Positions 1 to 8,677 of a DNA stretch of 32,000 nt are shown one piece after another. The stretch is from Alkalilimnicola ehrlichii MLHE-1 (lineage in GTDB: Bacteria; Pseudomonadota; Gammaproteobacteria; Nitrococcales; Halorhodospiraceae): positions 1,350,001 to 1,382,000 of the forward strand of contig NC_008340.1 in NCBI RefSeq assembly GCF_000014785.1, read 5' to 3'. Below the pieces are notes generated by a model. The model worked only from the letters and a program-made list of their open reading frames with translations. It was not told the DNA's origin and searched no databases. Every line of letters begins with the position of its first letter. Within the stretch, counting starts at the first letter, position 1. The translations under genes were made by a program, and so were the position numbers.

Positions 1-1424
1 CAGTCCGCCGCGTAGATCAGCCGCTGACACCCCCAGTGCCGCCCGCCCACCTTGATGGGCACCGAGACCTCTTTGACCAGGGCATGGTGCCCTTCGCCCA
101 GATTCAGGCGGTAGGTCTGCAGCAGGAAACGCTCGCGGTTGCGGGTCGCGGCACGGGTCTCGCGGCTGTCCAGCCGTCGCCGATGAAACCGCGGTAGTTC
201 GGCGCTGTCGTCCGCTGACGGGGCGCGGGCGGCCTCACGGCTTTGTGCCGGCACATACCCGCCCAGGTCGCAGACGAAGGCGGACAGCACCCGGCGCTGG
301 CGCTGCAGGGCCGGTTCCTGGATGGCCGGCAGCACCCGGTCACAGAACTCGGAGTTGGCGGCGGTGAAACGGGGTGGCGCGGTGTCGGCCTCGCGCTGGT
401 AGTTCTGATCGAACAGCGCCTGTTCGTTGACACTGCCGCGCTTCAGGCCCTCCTCGAAGGCGGCGGCGGTGTCCGCGGCCAGTTGCTCGGCCAAGCGGAT
501 ATAGGGCGTGTCGATGGTCTCCACGCCCTCCACGGCCGTTTCGCGGATCAGTAGCTCGGTGTAATGACGCAGCTTCTCCGTCCGTGCCTCAGCCTCCTCC
601 AATGCATCGTTGGCGTGCCGGACCTCGCTGGTGAGCTCCTCGAGCCCTCCCACCGTCCTGCGGCAGTGCTGGTCGATCTCGCCGACGGACTCATGGATGC
701 GCCCGGACTCGGTGTCCACGTCCTGCATGGCGCTGCCCACCGTCTCCATGATCTCCTGGATGGCGTGGGTGCCCTCACGCACCGCCTGGGCCTTCTCCGT
801 GCTCTCGGCACCGCGCCGGATCAGCCGCTCGATGATGTTGGTCAACTCCTCCAGGATCTGATGGATCTCGGAGGTGGCATCCGCCGTTTGCTTGGCCAGC
901 TCCTTGACGTGCTCCGCCACCACGGCGAAACCGCGGCCCACCTCGCCGGCGCGGGTGGCTTCGATGGTGGCGTTGAGGGCGAGCAGATTGGTTTGCTTGG
1001 CAATGGTGCTGATCTCATTGGCCACCTGGGCCACGCCCTGCAGCGCCTCGTTGAGGCTGCTCAACTGGCCTTCGATATGGGTGACCGACTCGGCCAGCCC
1101 GCGGATCTGCTCCAGCGAGTGGGTGATGGTTGCGCGTGAGCGCTCCACGTCCTTGCCGGCGCTGGCCGCCACGTCGTGGGCGCGGCGGGCGGCTTGGTCG
1201 ACGGTGTCGTTGGCCTCGCTCATGCGCCGCGCGGTGCCCACCAGGTCGGAGAATATGGCCGCCTGGCGCCGGAACAGTTGGGCGACGTGTTCGATGTGGT
1301 TGACAATGTCCACCGCCTCCACACCCACGCCGCTGGTGCGCTCGGCGATCTGCTGGATGACCGAGAAATGGTTCATGGTCACGGAAGGCGTGCGCTCTTC
1401 GTTGTCCTTGACTACCGAAGCCAT
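1..1424 (-). CDS. Methyl-accepting chemotaxis protein, soluble. MCP signalling domain is N-terminal and a Cache-like sensor region follows it. C-terminus runs off the window.
   Basis: Own translation of the minus strand from ATG (complement of 1422-1424): MASVVKDNEERTPS... There is no stop before the window edge, so it is absent from the ORF track. It carries the canonical MCP hairpin EISTIAKQTNLLALNATIEATRAGEVGRGFAVVAEHVKELA. A GGGGGAG Shine-Dalgarno lies 5 nt upstream. No TM or HAMP segment at the N-terminus. The distal part ends ...VSVPIKVGGRHWGCQRLIY, a Cache-type signature. Confidence 0.85.
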   Translation of the reverse strand, partial: MASVVKDNEERTPSVTMNHFSVIQQIAERTSGVGVEAVDIVNHIEHVAQLFRRQAAIFSDLVGTARRMSEANDTVDQAARRAHDVAASAGKDVERSRATITHSLEQIRGLAESVTHIEGQLSSLNEALQGVAQVANEISTIAKQTNLLALNATIEATRAGEVGRGFAVVAEHVKELAKQTADATSEIHQILEELTNIIERLIRRGAESTEKAQAVREGTHAIQEIMETVGSAMQDVDTESGRIHESVGEIDQHCRRTVGGLEELTSEVRHANDALEEAEARTEKLRHYTELLIRETAVEGVETIDTPYIRLAEQLAADTAAAFEEGLKRGSVNEQALFDQNYQREADTAPPRFTAANSEFCDRVLPAIQEPALQRQRRVLSAFVCDLGGYVPAQSREAARAPSADDSAELPRFHRRRLDSRETRAATRNRERFLLQTYRLNLGEGHHALVKEVSVPIKVGGRHWGCQRLIYAAD

Positions 1425-1839
1425 GGTCGGCTCCCCCTGGTCCCGTCGTCGTCGTCGTTGTTTGTTGTGGTTGTAATACCTTGCCCGTAGATGACGGCGG
1501 TGGGTGGGAAAACTTGAGCCCAACGGCCGGCGCAGGTGGATTAATACGTTGGCAGGGCAAAGGGTAAAGCCACCGGGGCGGCAGGGAAAGCCCCGGCGGG
1601 CCTGCCACGGCGGTTCCGCATTGCCGGCAATGGCCACCGGTCAAGCCCGTATCGGGTGGGTAAGCGATGGTATAATCTCCGGCCGATTGAGACAGTCCAC
1701 GAGTCAGGCCCCCATCTGTGATAGCCGAGTGTCTGAGTAACCGTCGTGCTCCCGGCGCGGTCCGCGAGGATCGGTGCGTCCCGGTGGTCCGGCCGGCGCG
1801 GTGCCGTGTGGCAGGTCGGGGGGCGGCCCCGGGTGACCG

Positions 1840-4173
1840 ATGGTGAAGCGATCACGTCAGAGCCGGCGCAGGGCCACCGGGCGGGGGCGCCCCGGGCGTT
1901 TGAAGCGCTGGGGCGCGCGTCTGCTGGGCCTGCTGGTCACGGTCGCCCTGGTGGCGGTGGGCCTGCTGGCCTTGTACGCCAAGTCGCTGGAGCCGGAGCT
2001 GCGCCAGCATTTTGAGGGCGGCCGGTGGGCGGTCCCGGCCCGGGTCTACGCCCGCCCCCTGGAGCTTTACGCCGGCAAGGCCCTGTCGCCGGTGGAGCTG
2101 CAGGTGGAGCTTGAGGAGCTGGGCTACCGGCAGACGACGTCGGGGCGCCAACCGGGGAGTTGGAGCCGAAACGGCGCGGTTTTCCACCTGAGTACGCGCG
2201 GCTTTGCCCACCCCGACGGTGAGGAGCCGGCCCGTAGCCTGCGCCTGGCCTTCGATGGGGGGCAGCTGGCCTCGGTGACGGGGTTGGATGACCGGGAGCG
2301 GGTCGGTCTGGCGCGTCTGGAGCCGGCGGTGGTCGGCAGCCTGCACGCGCCCCATCAGGAGGACCGCTTGCTGGTCCGGCTCGAGCAGGTGCCGGAGACC
2401 CTGGTCCGGGCCCTGCTGGTGGTGGAGGACCGCAAGTTCTTCGACCACCACGGCCTCTCCCTCACCGGCATCGCCCGGGCCGCCCTGGCCAATCTGCGGG
2501 CCGGCCGGGTGGTGCAGGGGGGCAGCACCCTGACCCAGCAGCTGGTCAAAAACTTCTACCTCAGTGCCGATCAGACCCTGCGGCGCAAGTTCACCGAGGC
2601 GGTGATGGCGCTGCTCCTGGAGCATTACTACGAGAAGGACGAGATCCTGGAGGCCTACTTTAACGAGGTCTTTCTCGGGCAGCGCGGCGGGCGGGGCGTC
2701 CACGGTTTCGGATTGGGTGCCGAGTTCTACTTCGGGCGTCCCCTGGATGAGCTCAGCCTCGCCCAGCAGGCCACGCTGGTGGGGATGGTGCGCGGACCCT
2801 CGCACTATAACCCGCGCCGCCACCCGGAGCGGGCGCGGGAGCGACGGAATCTGGTGCTCACGTTGATGGCGCGTCACGGCATTATCCCGGGGGACGAGGC
2901 GCGGGAGGCCATGGCGGAGGATCTGGGGGTCGTGGCCGACGGTCAGCGCCACCAAGGGCGTTATCCCGCCTTCATGGACCTGGTGCGCCGCCACCTGCAA
3001 CGGGATTACCGCCGGGAGGACCTGATCAGCGAGGGGCTGCATGTACACACCACGCTGGCGCCGCGGGTCCAGCGTGCCGCGGAGCGGGCGGTGGACAGCC
3101 GCCTGGCCGCATTCGGTGCGGAAGGATTGCAGGCGGCGCTGGTGTCGGTCTCGGTGGAGGATGGCGAGGTCAAGGCCGTGGTCGGGGGCGCGGACTACCG
3201 CTACGCCGGCTTCAACCGGGCCCTGGATGCCCGCCGCCCCATCGGCTCACTGGTCAAGCCGGCGGTCTATCTGGCGGCCCTGCGGGAACCGGGGCAGTAC
3301 GCCCTGGGGACCGTGCTCAGCGACGAGCCGGTCACCCTCCGGGATCGCGAGGGCGAGCCCTGGACGCCGCGCAATTACGATGGCGATCACCGGGGTGAGG
3401 TGCCGTTATGGGAGGCGCTGTCCGACTCGCTCAACGTGCCCACGGTGCGTCTCAGCCAGGGGCTGGGCCTGCGCCGGGTGGCCCGCACCTGGGCTGACCT
3501 GGGCGGCCGCGTCCCCAACACCCTGTACCCCTCGTTCGTGCTGGGTGCCAGCGAACACAGCGTGTTGGAGATGGCGCAGGTCTATCAGACCATCGCCGCC
3601 GAGGGCTTCCGGACCCCGCTGCGGGCGGTGCGGGCGGTCACCGACAGCGACGGCGAGCTGCTCTCCCGCTATCCCCTGGCCACCGAACAGGCGGTCGATC
3701 CGGCCAGCAGTTACCTGTTGCAGCATGCCCTGGAGCAGGTGGTGGCGCGGGGCACCGCGCGCGGGTTGCGGTCCTGGTTGGGCGACACCCACGGCCTTGC
3801 GGGCAAGACCGGAACCACCGACGATTACCGGGACGCGTGGTACGCGGGCTACTCCGGGGATCTGCTCTCGGTGGTCTGGTTGGGGCGGGACGACAATCAA
3901 CCGATCGGGCTCACCGGCAGTGGCGGGGCGATGCCCGTCTGGGGCGAGCAGTTTCAGGCATTGAGCTTCCGCCGCCTGAACCGCCTGCCCCCCGCTGGCG
4001 TGGAGGAGGCCTGGATCGATTACCGGACCGGGCGGCGCAGTGGCCCGGACTGTGACGGGGCGGTGGCGCTGCCCTATATCAGCGGGCACCTGCCGGCGGA
4101 GTCGGTGGTCTGTGCCCGCGAGCCGGACGACGACGACCGACGGGGCTTCTGGGATCGCGTCTTCCGGCGCTGA
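1840..4173 (+). CDS. mrcB: Penicillin-binding protein 1B (bifunctional glycosyltransferase/transpeptidase)
   Basis: 777 aa. Basic cytoplasmic tail plus TM (LLGLLVTVALVAVGLLALY). UB2H-like segment (RWAVPARVYARPLELYAGKALSPVELQVELEELGYRQ). GT51 motifs (VVEDRKFFDHHG, GGSTLTQQLVKN). Transpeptidase motifs SLVKP (SxxK), SDSLN (SxN) and KTGTT. Confidence 0.93.
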   Translation: MVKRSRQSRRRATGRGRPGRLKRWGARLLGLLVTVALVAVGLLALYAKSLEPELRQHFEGGRWAVPARVYARPLELYAGKALSPVELQVELEELGYRQTTSGRQPGSWSRNGAVFHLSTRGFAHPDGEEPARSLRLAFDGGQLASVTGLDDRERVGLARLEPAVVGSLHAPHQEDRLLVRLEQVPETLVRALLVVEDRKFFDHHGLSLTGIARAALANLRAGRVVQGGSTLTQQLVKNFYLSADQTLRRKFTEAVMALLLEHYYEKDEILEAYFNEVFLGQRGGRGVHGFGLGAEFYFGRPLDELSLAQQATLVGMVRGPSHYNPRRHPERARERRNLVLTLMARHGIIPGDEAREAMAEDLGVVADGQRHQGRYPAFMDLVRRHLQRDYRREDLISEGLHVHTTLAPRVQRAAERAVDSRLAAFGAEGLQAALVSVSVEDGEVKAVVGGADYRYAGFNRALDARRPIGSLVKPAVYLAALREPGQYALGTVLSDEPVTLRDREGEPWTPRNYDGDHRGEVPLWEALSDSLNVPTVRLSQGLGLRRVARTWADLGGRVPNTLYPSFVLGASEHSVLEMAQVYQTIAAEGFRTPLRAVRAVTDSDGELLSRYPLATEQAVDPASSYLLQHALEQVVARGTARGLRSWLGDTHGLAGKTGTTDDYRDAWYAGYSGDLLSVVWLGRDDNQPIGLTGSGGAMPVWGEQFQALSFRRLNRLPPAGVEEAWIDYRTGRRSGPDCDGAVALPYISGHLPAESVVCAREPDDDDRRGFWDRVFRR

Positions 4174-4229
4174 GCCGCGGTGGCGTTGCGCCCCATACCT
4201 TATGACCCGGAACCGGGGGATGACGACCC

Positions 4230-4727
4230 ATGACCACCACATTAAGACTGCTGGCCCTGCTCCTGCCACTGACCCTGGGCGCATGTGCTGTGCTGCCCCC
4301 AGAGGACCGACGGCCGGAGCCGGTGGAACCGGCCGAGGCCCCGGAGCCAGAGGAGGAGGCCCCGGTGGCGGAACCGGAGCGCGAACGCGAACCGGAGCGC
4401 GCGCGCATTCCCGATGCGGTCCTGGAGCTGGTGGCGGATGCCCGGCAGGCCGCCGATGCGGGGGAGTACGACCTGGCGGCCGCCTACCTGGAGCGCGCGG
4501 TGCGGATCAGCCCCAACCTGGCCCCGCTATGGCAGAACCTGGCGGTCGTGCGCTTCCAACAGGGCGACTACGCCCAGGCGGAGCAAATGGCGCGCCGCTC
4601 CATCCGCTTGGCGGAAGGTGACCGGGCGCTGCAGCAGCGTAACTGGCGGATCATAGAGGCCAGCCGCATCGAGCAGGGTGACGAGGAGGGTGCCCAGGAG
4701 GCGCGTCGCCAGGCGGAGGCCATTTGA
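4230..4727 (+). CDS. Outer-membrane lipoprotein with a Pro/Glu-rich linker and a TPR domain. Architecture matches the LpoP-type PBP1B activator.
   Basis: Lipobox LTLGAC after a hydrophobic signal (MTTTLRLLALLLPLTLGAC). Low-complexity PEPVEPAEAPEPEEEAPVAEPEREREPER linker. TPR-like helices (GEYDLAAAYLERAVRISPNLAPLWQNLAVVRFQQGDYAQAEQMARRSIRL). Lies 56 nt downstream of mrcB. Confidence 0.8.
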   Translation: MTTTLRLLALLLPLTLGACAVLPPEDRRPEPVEPAEAPEPEEEAPVAEPEREREPERARIPDAVLELVADARQAADAGEYDLAAAYLERAVRISPNLAPLWQNLAVVRFQQGDYAQAEQMARRSIRLAEGDRALQQRNWRIIEASRIEQGDEEGAQEARRQAEAI

Positions 4728-6673
4728 CCGCCGGGGACGCCCCCTTGCCGGAGGTGGCCCTGGAGGTGCTGGGCGCCGACGGGGCGCTGGCCGCGCGGAT
4801 ACTCGGCTTTCAACCCCGGGAGGCTCAGCAGGGCATGGCCGCGGCGGTCGCCGAGGCGCTGGCGGACAGCGCCACGCTGGTGGTCGAGGCCGGTACCGGC
4901 ACCGGCAAGACCTTCGCCTACCTGGTGCCTGCGCTGCTCTCCGGTCGGCGGGTGGTGATCTCCACCGGTACCCGGACACTGCAGGACCAACTCTTCCACC
5001 GCGACCTGCCCCTGGTGCGCGACGCCCTGGGTGTCCCATTGCGTGCCGCGCTGCTCAAAGGGCGGGGCAATTACCTCTGCCTGCAGCGGTTGGGCGCAGC
5101 GCGCGAGGGGACGCCGGGGCTGAGCACGGCACAGCAGGATGCCTTGGAGCAGGTGGCGGGGTGGGCGGCCACCACCGACTCCGGTGACCTGGCCGAGGCG
5201 CCGCCGGCCGCCCGGCGCCCCGATGTGCGCCCCCGAATCACCGCGACCGCCGAGAACTGCCTGGGCGGACAGTGCCCCCGCTTTTCCGAATGCCACTTCT
5301 ACGAGGCCCGGCGCCGGGCGCAGGAGGCCGACCTGGTGGTGATCAACCACCACCTGCTGCTGGCGGACTGGGCCCTGCGTGAATCGGGCTGGGGCGAGGT
5401 GGTGCCGGAGGCGGAGGCCTGGATCCTGGACGAGGCCCACCAGCTGCCGGAGACGGCGGCGCGTTTTTTCGGCCTGGGCCTCAGCGCCCGACAACTGCGG
5501 GACCTGGCCCGGGACTGCCTGGAGGACTACGGGCGCGAGGCCGGGGATCAGCCCGGTTTTCCGGAGCGGGTGGCCGCGGTGACCGCCGCTGCCGATTCGC
5601 TGCGCGACGCACTCGGTGAGGGCGATCAGCGGGCCGCCTGGCCGCAGCCCCCCGCTGCGGAGCTGCGCCGGGCGGTGACCGCACTCAAGGGGGCACTGCA
5701 CGACCTGGCCCTGGCCCTGGCGCCGCTCTCCGAGCGCGGGCTTGGCCTGGCCCGGTGCCAGCAACGGGCGGAGGCGCTCCACCAGGCACTGTGTCGCTTC
5801 AATGAGCCCGGGAGCGGTGATGGGGTGCCCTGGTTCGAGACCCAGGGCTCGGGGTTCTGGTTGCGGCTCACGCCGCTGGATGTCTCCGGTCCCTTCCGCA
5901 ACCGCCGTGCCGCGGCCCCCGCCGCCTGGGTCTTCACCTCCGCCACCCTGGCCATGAAGGGCGATTTCTCCCATTTCGCCGATCGTCTGGGCCTGGAGGC
6001 ACCGCGCACCCTCTGTCTGGACAGCCCCTTCGACTACGCCCGGCGGGCGCTGCTCTACCTGCCCGACAATCTCCCCGACCCGGACGCACCGGATTATGCC
6101 GAGCGTCTGGTGGCGATGGCGCGGCCGGTGATCACCGCGGCCCCGGGCGGGGCCTTCCTGCTGTTCACCAGCTACCGGGTGCTGCGCCGGGCCGCCGAGT
6201 CCCTTGCCGGCACCCTGGACCGCCCGCTGCTGGTCCAGGGGGCGGCGGCCCAGCACGAGCTGCTGGCCCGGTTCCGACGGGCCGGGGACGCCGTGCTGCT
6301 GGGCACAGCCAGCTTTTGGGAGGGGGTGGATGTGCGCGGCGCCGCGCTCTCGACCCTGATCATCGACCGGCTGCCTTTCGCCTCACCCGCCGACCCGGTG
6401 CTGCAGGCCCGGATTCAGGCGGCGGAGGCCGAGGGGATTTCCGCCTTCCGCCACCTGCAGTTGCCGCATGCGGTGATTACACTGAAGCAAGGGGTGGGGC
6501 GGCTGATTCGCGATGCGGATGACTGCGGTGTGCTGGTGATCGCCGATCCGCGGCTCACCCGCCGGGGCTACGGGAAGGTCTTCCTGCGGAGTCTGCCGCC
6601 CATGAGGCGCACCGGGTCGCTGGAGGAGGTGCAGGCCTTCTGGCAGGAGGGGCGAGATGAAGTTTCTGGATGA
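4724..6673 (+). CDS. yoaA: ATP-dependent DNA helicase, XPD/DinG family with an Fe-S cluster (YoaA-like size and layout)
   Basis: 649 aa. Walker A VVEAGTGTGKTFAYLVPAL. DEAH-type box ILDEAHQL. Four-Cys Fe-S segment (NYLCLQ...ENCLGGQCPRFSECHFY). C-terminal helicase motifs (FWEGVDV, LKQGVGRLIR). TTG start overlaps the upstream stop (TTGA at 4724-4727). The symbol rests on size and architecture only. Confidence 0.85.
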   Translation: MTAGDAPLPEVALEVLGADGALAARILGFQPREAQQGMAAAVAEALADSATLVVEAGTGTGKTFAYLVPALLSGRRVVISTGTRTLQDQLFHRDLPLVRDALGVPLRAALLKGRGNYLCLQRLGAAREGTPGLSTAQQDALEQVAGWAATTDSGDLAEAPPAARRPDVRPRITATAENCLGGQCPRFSECHFYEARRRAQEADLVVINHHLLLADWALRESGWGEVVPEAEAWILDEAHQLPETAARFFGLGLSARQLRDLARDCLEDYGREAGDQPGFPERVAAVTAAADSLRDALGEGDQRAAWPQPPAAELRRAVTALKGALHDLALALAPLSERGLGLARCQQRAEALHQALCRFNEPGSGDGVPWFETQGSGFWLRLTPLDVSGPFRNRRAAAPAAWVFTSATLAMKGDFSHFADRLGLEAPRTLCLDSPFDYARRALLYLPDNLPDPDAPDYAERLVAMARPVITAAPGGAFLLFTSYRVLRRAAESLAGTLDRPLLVQGAAAQHELLARFRRAGDAVLLGTASFWEGVDVRGAALSTLIIDRLPFASPADPVLQARIQAAEAEGISAFRHLQLPHAVITLKQGVGRLIRDADDCGVLVIADPRLTRRGYGKVFLRSLPPMRRTGSLEEVQAFWQEGRDEVSG

Positions 6674-7055
6674 GTTGGCCGATGCCCGGATCAGGGAGGC
6701 CCTGGAACAGGGCGAGCTGGACGATCTGCCCGGAGCCGGCAAGCCGCTGGCACTCGATGACGACAGTATGGTGCCGGAGGAGTTGCGGACGGCGTACCGA
6801 ATCCTCAAGAATGCCAACTGCCTGCCGCCGGAACTGCAGGATCAGCGCGAGGTGGAGTCCCTTGAGGCGCTGCTGGCCGGGCTCGACGACGACACCGCCA
6901 TCCAGCGCCGCCAGCGCACTGAGGCGGAGAAGCGCCTGGCGCTGCTTCGGGCCCGGCTGGAGCAGCGCCGGGGCCGCGGGCGGGGCGGCGGCCTGGTCGC
7001 GGTGGAGCGTGCTTACCAGGAGCGGCTGCTACGCCGGCTGGGTGGCGAGGAGTAG
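6657..7055 (+). CDS. DUF1992 (DnaJ subfamily C28-like) domain protein
   Basis: 132 aa. Family signature IREALEQGELDDLPGAGKPLALDDDSMVPEELRTAYRILKNANCLPPE. Overlaps the helicase 3' end by 17 nt. Confidence 0.8.
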   Translation: MKFLDELADARIREALEQGELDDLPGAGKPLALDDDSMVPEELRTAYRILKNANCLPPELQDQREVESLEALLAGLDDDTAIQRRQRTEAEKRLALLRARLEQRRGRGRGGGLVAVERAYQERLLRRLGGEE

Positions 7056-7090
7056 GCCCCGCCAACGGGCGTTACCAACCTTCCGAAAGG

Positions 7091-8179
7091 TTAGTAACAG
7101 CGGGCGGCCTGCACTGAGAGCACCCGGGGCAGGAACTCCGCCACCGTCTCCCAGTGCTCGCCGCCGTCGCGGCTGGCGAACAGGTGGCCGCTGGAGGTGC
7201 CAAAGTACAGCCCCGCCGGATCGGCACCGTCCTGGGCCATGGCCTCGCGCAGGACGGTGACGTAGGCGTGGCGTTGCGGCAATCCCCGGGTCAGGGGCGC
7301 CCAGTGTCGGCCACCGTCACGGCTGCGGTAGACGCGCAGGCGGCCGTCGCAGCAGGTCCGCAGGTGGTTGCTCTCAATGGGGATGACGTACACCGTGTCC
7401 GGATCCTGCGGCGGGGTGGCCAGGGCGTAGCCGAAATCGCTGGGCAGTCCGGAGGAGATCTCCGTCCAGTGCCCGCCCCGGTCGTCGCTGCGGTAGACGC
7501 CGTTGTAACACTGCCGGTAGAGCCGCTCCGGCCGGCGCGGACAGAGCACCGTGCGGTGCACGTTGTGGCCGGTCACGGCGCAGCGGCCGGGCAGGTTCTC
7601 GGCGCGGACCCCCTCGTTGCAGGGGCGCCAGCTTCGCCCGCCGTCGTCGCTGCGGAAGACTCCCCCGGCCGAGATGCTTACGTAGAGGCGTTGCGGCGAT
7701 TGCGGGTCGATCAGGATGGAATGCAACGAAAAGCCACCGCGGGCCGGCTCCCAAGTGTCCCGCGTGGGGTGTTCGTTGAGTGACGCCACAGGCGTCCAGC
7801 TCTGGCCGTAATCATCGCTGCGGAACAGGCCGGCCGGATCGGTGCCGGCGTAGACCGTCCCCGGGGCCTCGGCCGGTCCCGGCGCCAGGTGCCAGACCGC
7901 CTTCATCCGCTTGGGCCACAGCCCGGGGCGGTGCAGGGGCACGCCGGCGAGCGGTTCCCAGCGGTGGCCGGCATCGTCGGTGCGGTAGATATGCGCGCCC
8001 CACACGGGGTGGTCCACCGCCGCCAGCCCCCGCTGCGGGTCGCGCGGGTCCAGCCAGGCGTGCAGCACCTCGTATCCGGCGATCAGCGGCCCGGCCAGCT
8101 CCCAACCGGTCCGGTCAGGGGTGTCCTCCAGCCGGAACAGGCCCTTTTGGGTGCCAACGAGCAGTACGGTCTGGGTCAC
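7091..8179 (-). CDS. BNR/Asp-box repeat beta-propeller protein, cytoplasmic (no signal peptide)
   Basis: 362 aa with six SxDxGxxW Asp-boxes (TDDAGHRW, SDDYGQSW, SDDGGRSW, SDDRGGHW, SRDGGRHW, SRDGGEHW). No sialidase FRIP motif seen. Confidence 0.8.
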   Translation of the reverse strand: MTQTVLLVGTQKGLFRLEDTPDRTGWELAGPLIAGYEVLHAWLDPRDPQRGLAAVDHPVWGAHIYRTDDAGHRWEPLAGVPLHRPGLWPKRMKAVWHLAPGPAEAPGTVYAGTDPAGLFRSDDYGQSWTPVASLNEHPTRDTWEPARGGFSLHSILIDPQSPQRLYVSISAGGVFRSDDGGRSWRPCNEGVRAENLPGRCAVTGHNVHRTVLCPRRPERLYRQCYNGVYRSDDRGGHWTEISSGLPSDFGYALATPPQDPDTVYVIPIESNHLRTCCDGRLRVYRSRDGGRHWAPLTRGLPQRHAYVTVLREAMAQDGADPAGLYFGTSSGHLFASRDGGEHWETVAEFLPRVLSVQAARCY

Positions 8180-8248
8180 GGGGTCGGGTTCTCTCCACGG
8201 CCAGTGGGGTAGGGGCCAAACGATACCTGACTAAGTTACCATGAAGTC

Positions 8249-8677
8249 ATGATGGCGCCATTGTCCCCACACGCCCTGACCCTGCCCGCCCGCGAGCGCG
8301 ACCGGCTCGCGCGGTTGGGCCTGGCGCGCTGGCCGGAGGAGGCCTGTGGGCTCATGCTGGGCTGTGACGGTCGGGTCCGGCGGCTGGTGCTCTGCCGCAA
8401 TGTGGCGGCCCGCCGGGCGGACCGCTACCTGGTCCACGCCCGCGATTTCCTGCGCTGGGACCGCGCCGCCCACCGCCTGGGCCTGGATATCCTGGGCGTC
8501 TGGCACACCCACCCGGACGGCGGGGCGCGACCCTCCGGGACCGACCGTGAGCAGGCCTGGCGGGGGTGGAGCTACCTGATCGCCGCTGTGGACGGGCGTG
8601 CGATCACCGAGTTGCGGAGCTGGCGCCTGCGTGGCGATCATTTCATCGAGGAAACGTTATGTCTGAAACCAGCGTAA
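8249..8677 (+). CDS. JAMM/MPN+ metalloprotease (Mec+/QbsD-like)
   Basis: 142 aa. Catalytic Glu context WPEEACGLMLG. JAMM motif HTHPDGGARPSGTD (HxH-x7-S-xx-D). Overlaps the next gene by 19 nt. Confidence 0.88.
   Translation: MMAPLSPHALTLPARERDRLARLGLARWPEEACGLMLGCDGRVRRLVLCRNVAARRADRYLVHARDFLRWDRAAHRLGLDILGVWHTHPDGGARPSGTDREQAWRGWSYLIAAVDGRAITELRSWRLRGDHFIEETLCLKPA

Noticed and set aside
4568-6256. Very long antisense ORFs: 562 aa opposite the helicase, 570 aa (21547-23259) opposite dnaE2, 398 aa (1852-3048) opposite mrcB, 345 aa (24053-25090) opposite the MFS gene, and others
   Set aside because: These are typical stop-codon-poor shadow frames of GC-rich DNA. Their composition is Arg/Gly/Pro/Ala-dominated, they carry no recognisable motifs, and the opposite strand encodes clearly recognisable proteins.
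7091-8179. Calling the BNR-repeat protein a sialidase (exo-alpha-sialidase)
   Set aside because: Only the Asp-box repeats are present. There is no FRIP motif and no signal peptide. Asp-boxes alone do not imply sialidase activity.
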